Source: Octopus vulgaris
Lineage: Eukaryota
Direction of reading: 5' to 3'
Length of the DNA stretch: 64,000 bases
Assembly (NCBI GenBank): GCA_951406725.2
Contig: OX597818.1
Coordinates: 61,194,001 to 61,258,000 of the forward strand
The notes beneath the pieces were generated by a model, which was not told the DNA's origin, did no database searches, and worked only from the letters and a program-made list of their open reading frames with translations. Positions 54,693 to 64,000 of this stretch are shown piece by piece (the first letter of the stretch is position 1; each line of letters begins with the position of its first letter). The position numbers were made by a program, and so were the translations under genes.

Positions 54693-55076
54693 GCAGGAGT
54701 GGCTGTGTGGTAAGAAGCTTGCTTCCCAACCACATGGTTCCAGGTTCAGTCCCACTATGCGACACAGTGATACATTATGCAAGTGTCTTCTACTTTAGTG
54801 TCAGGCTGACCAAAGCCTTGTGAGTGGATCTGGTAGACGGAAACTGAAAGAAGCCCATCGTACATATGTGTGTGTGTGTTTGTTCCCCCAACATTGCTTG
54901 ACAACTGATGCTGGTGTATTTATGTCCCTGTAACTTAGCGGTTCAGCAAAAGTGACCGATAGAATAAATACTAGGCTTACAAAGAATAAGTCCTGGGGTC
55001 GATTTACTCTACTAAAGGCAATGCTCCAGCATGGCCACAGTCAAATGACTGAAACGAGTAAAAGAGTAAAAAGAGT
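54693..55076 (+). mobile_element. Family A SINE
   Basis: Consensus match. Confidence 0.85.
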
Positions 55077-55102
55077 ATATATATATATATATATATATAT
55101 AT

Positions 55103-55334
55103 GTTTTCTTATTACCCACAAGGGGCTAAACATAGAGGGGACAAACAAAGACAGACAAACGAATTAAGTCGATTACAACGACCCCAGTGTGTAACTGGTA
55201 CTTAATTTATTGACCCCGAAAGGATGAAAGGCAAAGTTGACCTCGGCAGGATTTGAACTCAGAACGCAGCGGCGGACGAAATACCGCAAAGCATTTCGCC
55301 CGGCATGCTAACGATTCTGCCAGCTCACCGCCTT
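55103..55334 (-). mobile_element. Family B SINE monomer
   Basis: Consensus match. Confidence 0.88.
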
Positions 55335-55344
55335 TTGTAATCTT

Positions 55345-55560
55345 ATATATATATATGCATGTGTGCGTGTATGTGTGTTTGTCCCCCCTATCATCGTTTG
55401 ACACCAATGTTGGTGTGCTTACATTCCCGTAACTTAGCATTTCAGCAAAAGAAACCGATAGAATAAGTACTAGGTTTAAAAAGAATAAGTCCTGGGGTCA
55501 ATTTGTTTGACTAAAGGTGGTGCTCCAGCATGGCCACAGTCAAATGACTGAAACAAGTGA
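55345..55560 (+). mobile_element. Family A 3' half
   Basis: From the microsatellite to the tail. Confidence 0.8.
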
Positions 55561-55659
55561 AAAAAAAACTATCCATTCTTACAAGCATTTAATCTGATTA
55601 GAAAATAATCATTCCAGTGCTGACTGTTTTAAATAACCAATGTAATCATTGACAGTGAA

Positions 55660-56370
55660 AGCACTAGGCTCAATGGTTAGGGTATTTAGCTAAAGACCAT
55701 AAGGTCAGGAGTTTGATTTCTTGAGTGAGACACTTTCTTTCGCATTGCTCCAGCCTGTTCAGCTGGCAAAAAGGCCAGCCTTGTCACATTCTGTGTCATG
55801 CTGAATCTCCATGAGAACTATGTTGAGATTACGTGTGTCTAAGGTGGTGAGCTGGCAGAAATGCTAGCACGCTGGCCAAAATGCTTAGCAGTATTTTGTC
55901 TGTCGCTACGTTGTGAGTACAAATTCCGCCAAGGTCGACTTTGCCTTTCATCCTTTTGGGGGTCGATAAATTAAATACCAGTTACACACTGGGATTGATC
56001 TAATTGACTTAATCCGTTTGTCTGTCCTTGTTTGTCCTCTCTATGTTTAGCCCCTCATGGGTAGTAAAGAAATAGGTATTTCGTCTGTCGTTACATTCTG
56101 AGTTCAAATTCCGCCAAGGTCGACTTTGCTTTTCATCCTTTCGGGGTCGTTAAATTAAATACCAGTTATGCACTGGTGTCGATGTAATCGACTTAATCCC
56201 TTTGTCTGTCCTTGTTTGTCCCCTCTGTGTTTAGCCCCTTGTGGGCAATAAAGAAATAAGATTACGTGTGTCTGTGGCATGCTCAGCTACTTGCACATTA
56301 ATTTCACAAGCAGGCTGTTCTGCTGATCAAATCATCTGGAACTCTTGTCACTGTAACTGACAGAGTGGCA
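55660..56370 (+). mobile_element. Older SINE (different head, family E type 2 tail) interrupted by a family B dimer
   Basis: ggccagccttgtcacattctgtgtcatgctgaatctcc ... gcaggctgttc matches the reverse complement of 46204-46370. Confidence 0.7.
55841..56258 (+). mobile_element. Family B SINE, dimeric body
   Basis: Perfect 15-bp TSD agattacgtgtgtct (55826-55840 / 56259-56273). Confidence 0.92.
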
Positions 56371-57192
56371 GCTTTTACCATTCACAAAACCCAGACTGAA
56401 GGAAAAAGAAAGGATAAATAACATCATTACCTCTTCACAATATCAACAAAATTTTCTTTTTAATTGATAATGTCAAACTAACAAAAGCAGCGTAAAGAAG
56501 ATTCTTTAAATATACAAATTATCATAACTGTACATACCAACTCATTAAATGTAGGTGGAAAACAGTGAAAGAATGATCAACAAGAAACAGACAGAGAATG
56601 GAGAATGAGTGAGTGTGTGTATATGTGTGTGTGTGTGTGTGCGTGTGTGTGTCTGTGTGTCTTTCCAAATTAATTTTTAAGAGCAGATAAATAGAAGTGT
56701 CAATGACAGATGAACAGCATTTTAAGTTTTCATGCCTCTAGTTACAAATTTTCTAAATAAATTTGAAAAAGACCTCCGGTACTCAGTGAAATTTTTTTAT
56801 TGATGACTATCAGATTAATTAACAACTTTAATAGGAAGTATAAATTGATTAATTTTAAACAACTAATAATGCTTGGAGTTAGTAAACAATTGTTTAAAAA
56901 TATAAGCATCAAAGCTTCTATTTATCTGCTATTTATGTGTTTGCTTCCGATTCACCATTAACACTTCTCCCACCAAACTGTAAGTAGTTGCTTTCTGTTG
57001 AAATAGAAATATTAACAGTATGAGAAGGTGGATCCACCCTGCTATGATCTTGAGATCATTGCTTTTTTTTTTAGCTAATAGAGCAGAATTGACTAAAGAA
57101 ATGACATTCACTCTTCCTTTACAAAATTCCTTTGGTTTCTCTTGAGCAAAGTTGGGAATAACAAAACAGTTATATTTGTAACATGAAGTAAT

Positions 57193-57596
57193 AGGCGTAG
57201 GAGTGGCTGTGTGGTAAGTAGCTTGTTTACCAACCACATGGTTCCGGGTTCAGTCCCACTGCGTGGCACCTTGGGCAAGTGTCTTCTACTATCGCCTCGG
57301 GCCGACCAAAGCCTTGTGAGTGGATTTGGTAGATGGAAACTGAAAGAAGCCCGTCGTATATATGTATATATATATATGTGTGTGTGTGTTTGTGTGTCTG
57401 TGTCCCCCTAGCATTGCTTGACAACCGATGCTGGTGTGTTTATGTCCCCGTCACTTAGCGGTTTGGCAAAAGAGACTGATAGAATAAGTACTGGGCTTAC
57501 AAAAGAATAAGTCCCGGGGTTAAAAAAGGCGGTACTCCAGCATGGCCGCAGTCAAATGACTGAAACAAGTAAAAGAGTAAAAGAGTAAAAAGAGTA
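57193..57596 (+). mobile_element. Family A SINE
   Basis: Consensus match. Confidence 0.9.
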
Positions 57597-57797
57597 ATGG
57601 TTTATGCAACACACTTTTCCCTTTGCAAGTTCCATCACAATTCTACAGCTAAAATATGTCAGCAGCAATCTAGCAGTCAGCAACTTGATAAATGGCATTA
57701 ACAATGGTTACAGTGTCTCCAAGAAGATGCATTAAGGCAGCTCACAAATAAGTCTGCACAGCCGGAGACATCCTTTCATTATTTGTTGATAATAGAA

Positions 57798-58182
57798 GGC
57801 ATAGGAGTGGCTAGCTTGCTTACCAACCACATGGTTCCGGGTTCAGTCTCACTGCGTAGCACCTTGGACAAGTGTCTTCTGCTATAGCCAACCAAAGCCT
57901 TGTGAGTGGATTTGGTAGACGGAAACTGAAAGGGCCCCGTCATAAATATGTATATGTGTGTGTGTGTATATATTTGTATGTCTGTGTTTTTCCCCCAACA
58001 TCGCTTGACAACCAATGCTGGTGTGTTACGTCCCTGTAACTTAGTGGTTCGGCAAAAGAGACTGATAGGATAAGCACCAGGCTTACAAAGAATAAGTCCT
58101 AGGGTTAATTTGCTCGACTAAAGGTGGTGCTCCAGCATGGCCACAGTCAAATGACTGAAACAAGTAAAAGAGTAAATAGAGA
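57798..58182 (+). mobile_element. Family A SINE
   Basis: Consensus match with small deletions. Confidence 0.85.
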
Positions 58183-58439
58183 GTAATGACATACCTATCA
58201 ATATCCCTCAAGTCACTTCTGTATATCGCAGATACCCCAATACCCACACAGTTAACCATATTAATCTTCCAAACATATGATTCCAGGGAGTCAAAGAAAG
58301 CATTATTATTACAATCAATTGCACAACAGACCACATTTTAAATCACAACATTTAAATACAAAGAAACAGAAACAAAAGTGGCAAAAAGGAAGAAAAATGG
58401 GGTGCAAAGCAGAAAATGGGGGGAGGGTAGGCAATAGGT

Positions 58440-59295
58440 CACACACCCCAGAACAAATGGTGTGCTCAGCTGGCCCCTGTGGTAATGACCGTCATGGTCA
58501 GGGATACAGCAGCAGTCACTCCCCCTTGAAGGCTCATTTCTGAGATTGGCCAGTATTGTCCCATTTTTACGAAAGAAATTAGTAGCACAGGGTCCAAGAA
58601 CACCTGACAGCTTCACAGCAACTGGCACAAACTGGTAGTGACCAGTCAGGCCCCTGTATTTACTGAACTTTCTCTCCTTCATGTTACAGGTGGGTTTGCA
58701 GCCAATGCAGCAAGGTTGGAGCCAGAGAACACGTTGTGCTGCATGTCACATCCCAGATTAGGGATTTGTCTCCCTCAAATGAGAAGAGGGTGATTCCATC
58801 AGGGCACTTACTCTCCCTACAGTCTAGACCTACTGCCTCCAGCTGGGACAGGAAACCAGTCATGTAGAGGCCCCTTCTAATTATCTCACTCAGAGTGATA
58901 TGTCTAAGGAGTCAACCCATGCTCAGGTTGCAGGATAACCAATTCAGGCTGAACTCATCTACTACCATTTCACAATGTTTGTGTGGCTCACACTGTGGAG
59001 TCTGAGGCAATGAGCCACTCCGATGTGAGTGCTCTCATCCTCTGCAGAGGTACTTGGTAGATGAGGTGGGGGTACAGAATTGAAACCATGCCCCACTATT
59101 TAGTTGTGAGACAGAATGATGGCAAGCAAGGTGCTACTGGTCTCATGATGTCTCTAACTGCTTGAAGGTGGACTTGCATCTGATGTCATCCCAATTATGT
59201 CGAACATCTGTACTCTGGAGGATGGCAAGGCTTCAGTGGTCCAATCTACAAGGGCTGACACCAGTTTCTGAGCCACATCTGGTTCAACCATCTGA
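58440..59295 (-). mobile_element. Degenerate CRE-clade-like non-LTR retrotransposon 3' region (restriction-like endonuclease)
   Basis: PDGITLFSFEGDKSLIWDVTC and KERKFSKYRGLTGHYQFVPVAVKLSGVLGPCATNF in broken frames. Confidence 0.75.
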
Positions 59296-59316
59296 CCAAT
59301 TATATATATATAAAAG

Positions 59317-59620
59317 GGCGCCATTCAAGTGTGATCGTTACCAACGTCGCCTTAATGGCACCTGTGCCGGTGGCATGTGTAAAAAGATTCAAGTGAGGTC
59401 ATTGCCAGTACTGCCTGACTGGCACCTGTGCCGGTAGCATGTAAAAAGCACCCACTACACTCTCGGAGTGGTTGACATTAGGAAGGGCATCCAGCTGTAG
59501 AAATTTTGCCAGATCAAGATTGGAGTTGGTGCGGCCATCTGTTTTGCCAGCCCTCAGTCAAAATCGTCCAACCCATGCTAGCATGGAAAGTGGACGTTAA
59601 ACGATGACGATGATGATGAT
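59317..59620 (+). mobile_element. Family C with subrepeats and (GAT)n tail
   Basis: Matches the 17044 copy. Confidence 0.82.
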
Positions 59621-59869
59621 GTGTGTGTGTGTGTGCATCAAGTCATACAAATTGCCAACCTCACTTCCATTCCTCAACAAGCTCAGCAATATCAGTGCAG
59701 CTGCAGTACCTCAACCCCCACTTCACAAAATGAAACCCCTTACTTTATATGTCTCCACTCATTCTCTCAACACATTCTGACTCAAGAGAAACTATCTTCT
59801 TCTAATGCTTCCTGTAAGTAGAAACTGTCAGGTAAAAGCTGTAGGAGTCTACCATAGCATGCTTGTGCA

Positions 59870-59902
<33 letters not shown>

Positions 59903-61897
59903 ATTATCTTGCAATTCTTTTTAATTTCATTTTTTCCACCTTACTCTGTTTTCTTCTCTTTTCCTTTTCAATCTGTTTTTATTGACCTTTGACATTTCTC
60001 CATCCTCCTCTCTCTCTCCCTACTTTGGTCACCCTTCAGCATAACTTTCATACATTATTCACTCATATAAACACTAACTCCTCCTTGTCTGTTATTAAGA
60101 TCCTGCCTATGATGCTAATCTACTTCCTATTATGGCTCAATCTTTGCGGTTTTTATTTCCAACTTAATGTTTGCCGACACACACCACTATTAATCAAGCG
60201 ATTCAGGAGACTATCATTTGAAAAAGTCAACTACTTAGGATTTCCTGACTGTTAAGTGTCACTTGGCTCTACTTTGTGCCTTTGATATAACTTTGTCTGA
60301 ATGCTATATGGTAGGACTACTACTTAATACAATTCTAATTAGAAGGTGAAATGTCATTACAATTTCTGTAACTTTCTATACGTCACACAATAATAGAGAG
60401 CAGTTTTTATATGAACATATTCAATGTTACAATTTCGTATTGATTCAAGAACAAAAAAAAAAAAAAATATCAGAAAGCAAAACATTTGCTTAGTAAGAGA
60501 GAATGCTTTTACAATCAGAAAATCACCTCTAAGTTACCAGAGAGAAAGAAAAACAGAGAGAGAATGAGAGATAGATTTAAGAATATAAAAGTGTTAGCAC
60601 AGTTCCTATTTAGATTATTCTTTGTCAAGTTCTTTTTTTTTTTTTCAGCTTTTGTTTTCATTATTATTTTTTTTTTAATTGCATCTCCGCAGAAAGTTTT
60701 CTATATTTGTGAAATAGGCATTAAAGAGATTTCATTCAGTTTCTGATTTCGGAATTGAAGTATTCCACACATTAAGCTAAATCAAATAAAATATTGTTTG
60801 TTCTTAATTTGGATGCAATGGTTTCTCGCAGTTATCAACAGGAATAGAGTTTCCAAAATTTCTGATTCATCAACGAAGCATTCAATGGTCAGATGCCACC
60901 TTAAGTGAGTGAGAAAATTAAGACAAACAGACAGACCACACGAACAATAAATGTTCAGGAAGAAACGAATAATCAATTATGATTCATGGGTTACTCCATG
61001 AAGATACTTTTCTGTGAATGCAAATAAATTAATTTCTTTCAATTGAAAATGATAATGATCAGCAGGATCTCATTCATTGTGGACGGAATAAAAGCTCACT
61101 GGATAATTTAGGCACAAAAACAAATGCTGTGAAGTTTAATGTCTAACTTGGCCGTATAAGAAAGAAATCCATAAAAATAGCTTTTTGCCCACATTTCTTC
61201 TGAAACAATTCCTTTAGTATACAATGAAGGAATCGGTGAAATTGAATTGATGAAAGATTAAAGTCAAAAGTCAATTTGATGAATGCTATAGTTGTAAAGA
61301 ACTTTCTATTATCTGTGATGTGTGCGTATGTGTTGTAGGTTAACAGAAAAAGTACACGAAGCATGTATCAGGTGTAAAGAGACAATAAATTCTAAGATTT
61401 CACAGATACTAGTAAGTGTGTAGAAGTCTCCCTAGAAGTTGTTCATGGCTTCTGTTACCCAGGTGATTTCATTAGCAGTGGGGGAGGGAGTGTTTGGAGA
61501 ACATGGATCCACACATATAAAGATGCATATCCAATCATACAAACATGGTACATAGTTGCATAAGATACACAAACATGCACACACAAGGAGACAGAGGTGC
61601 ATACATATACAAACACATGCTCACACACACATACATAGAAGGTACACAAACACGCACATACAAGCACATAAATATGCAGGATACGTACATACAGATGCAC
61701 ACACATACATACATACATATGCATGCAAACACATATATACATACATGCATGTATAGGCACACACACACACACACACACACACTGACCCACACACATGCGC
61801 ACAAACAAACAAAAGGGAACGCAGTGTAATAATAATGGTTGGGTAAGAGTACAATTTCTCACAAACTTTGCACTCTTATTCATATCTCTTATTCACA

Positions 61898-62307
61898 GGC
61901 GCAGGAGCGGCTGTGTGGTAAGTAGCTTGCTTACCAACCACATGGTTCCGGGTTCAGTCCCACTGTGTGGCAACTTGGGCAAGTGTCTTCTACTATAGCC
62001 TCGGGCTGACCAATGCCTTGTGAGTGGATTTGGTTGACGGAAACTGAAAGAAGCCTGTCGTATATATGTATATATATATATATGTGTGTATATGTTTGTG
62101 TGTCTGTGTTTGTCCCTCCAACATCGCTTGATAACTGATGCTGGTGTGCTTACATCCCCGTAACTTAGCAGTCCGGCAAAAAGAGACCGATAGAATAAGT
62201 ACTAGGCTTACAAAGAATAAGTTCTGGGGTCGATGTGCTCGACTAAAGGCAGTGCTCCAGCATGGCCACAGTCAAACGACTGAAACAAGTAAATGAGTAA
62301 ATGAGAG
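61898..62307 (+). mobile_element. Family A SINE, full length
   Basis: Consensus match. Confidence 0.9.
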
Positions 62308-63704
62308 TCTCACAAAACTATTATTGATCAAAAGTTGCTCCTTGAAAGCTCAGAAAATTTTGAATACTCTAAGCTCTCCTAGCACCAAAAGGTCTAATGA
62401 TGAAATGGGGTTTTGTTGCTTAGCTCTTCTAAAAAATCTGTATAATTAGAAGTAGTAAAACATCATCACTTTGGCATACTCTTTACAAAATTAAAGTTTT
62501 GTATCTTTGTGTGTGGAGACATGCATGCACACACACACACACACACACAATGTATACAGGCGAAACATCCTGTTAAACATTTTCCCTATTTTGTAAATTA
62601 AAATATCGCTCACAACACGAATCAAAATTTTCTCAGAATATGTCATTTTTCCATATACGCATTCTGAAATTCCATCATGGTATAAAAAAAAACAAACATT
62701 AAAAAATAAACAAAATTAATATTAAAATATGTATAAATGTGTATGAGAATATTCCTTTTACTGATTTTCTTAATTTTCTTCAGAAATCAGCAACAGTTAT
62801 GTTAATAACAATAATAATAGTAATAATAACAATAATTTCACAGAATGTGTTAAGGTTCTTTTTTCTCTCTTCAAATTCTCATACCTTGTTCACCCACACT
62901 AAGACTGTTTTTGAACACAATCTTAGGCAATCAATAACATATAGTAACTAACATATCAATGAAAAAGAAATTAAAACTTAAAAAAGAATGTTAGAAATTT
63001 TTTTTTTTTTTTTGCTGATTTTCCATTTTTTTTTTTTTATTCTGGCAAAGAGAAAGAAAAAAGTTTTTTTGCAAGCTGAGAAAATTCGGTAATGATAGCG
63101 CTAGTTTACTTAGAACATTACCACCATTTCAGTATTGCGAACATACACATCAAAGATTCAACAAGGAAAATAACAACATCTGATGTTTTACTCAGAAAAC
63201 GCTGGAAAGGTTAGCAGAATCGATCATGTACGTAAAGCAGAGCTTCCATTAATAACAACACTCGTTTCATTATCGTTTTTTGCAAGATTTTATAAGACCC
63301 GATAAAAACACGTGCCATGTCTATTTATAACCCTACCCCCCAATATTGTCAAATCATTCTTCTTTCTGTTACATACTACTTTGGTTACTAACAAACTAGT
63401 ATCATCAACCATTTCATCTGCCTGAATGTCAAGCATCCTCAAACTGAAATTCTTTTCGTGTAATTCTTGTTTGTCTGTCAATAATTAATCTAAAAAGGCG
63501 TAAGAAGAGTAAATGTCAGTAATTATTGCTGTTAATTACCAGAGATGTTTGTTATTTAGTTCAGTCGTTCATATTTTATTTGTCACCTAAACAACATTAC
63601 TAAAGTAAAATCTATGATAAGAGTACCACTGATACACAGAGAGATGGTTACTGGAGCAAAGACCTTGAAATACAAGTCAAGATTGTCATCATCATCATCG
63701 TAAT

Positions 63705-63912
63705 AATAATAATACTTTCTACTTTAGACACAAGGCCTGAAATTTGGTTGTTGGGGGGCGGCGACTAGTTGATTACATCAACCCCGGGTACTTAATCTAT
63801 CGTCCGTGAAAGGTAAAGTTTACCTGAGCAAAATTTGAACACAGAACGTAACGACAGGTGAAAAACTGCTAAGCACTTCACCCAGCCTGCTAACGATCCT
63901 GCCAGCTCGTCT
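63705..63912 (-). mobile_element. Family B variant with (TTA)n tail
   Basis: Matches the 48240 copy. Confidence 0.72.
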
Positions 63913-64000
63913 TATTAATAATAATAATAATAATAATAATGAATTTATTGTATACAGTGCTCAGGTGCACCACAACTTGTCAAAAGTGCATATAAAGCAT

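Noticed and set aside
54285-54733. Overlapping hydrophobic minus-strand ORFs as a signal-peptide exon
   Set aside because: Hydrophobicity follows T-rich composition; no convincing phase-1 donor.

Overview
AT-rich, repeat-dense animal DNA. The repeat landscape (tRNA-derived SINEs with CORE-like and Meta-like domains, long TA/TG/AAT/GATA microsatellites) suggests an octopod cephalopod; this is an inference, not searched. The only host-gene exon I can support is a 132-nt phase1-phase1 exon on the minus strand (5407-5538) encoding the start of the first Ig domain of a nephrin/Sns/Kirre-type adhesion protein, so the window is probably mostly intronic. The rest is mobile DNA: about 45 SINE copies (called families A, B, C, E here), mariner, RTE, R4/Dong-like and CRE-like relics, piggyBac-, hAT- and Tc1/pogo-type MITEs, and a Helitron-like element. 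The most unusual item is family D (1276, 3364, 33093). It joins a tRNA-like Pol III promoter to a Penelope-type minimal hammerhead ribozyme motif, and two of three copies are head-to-head foldbacks with the same apex. Also notable: family B SINEs insert as TSD-flanked dimers and have expanded into a 10-unit 157/158-bp satellite. Coordinates of degraded repeats are approximate.
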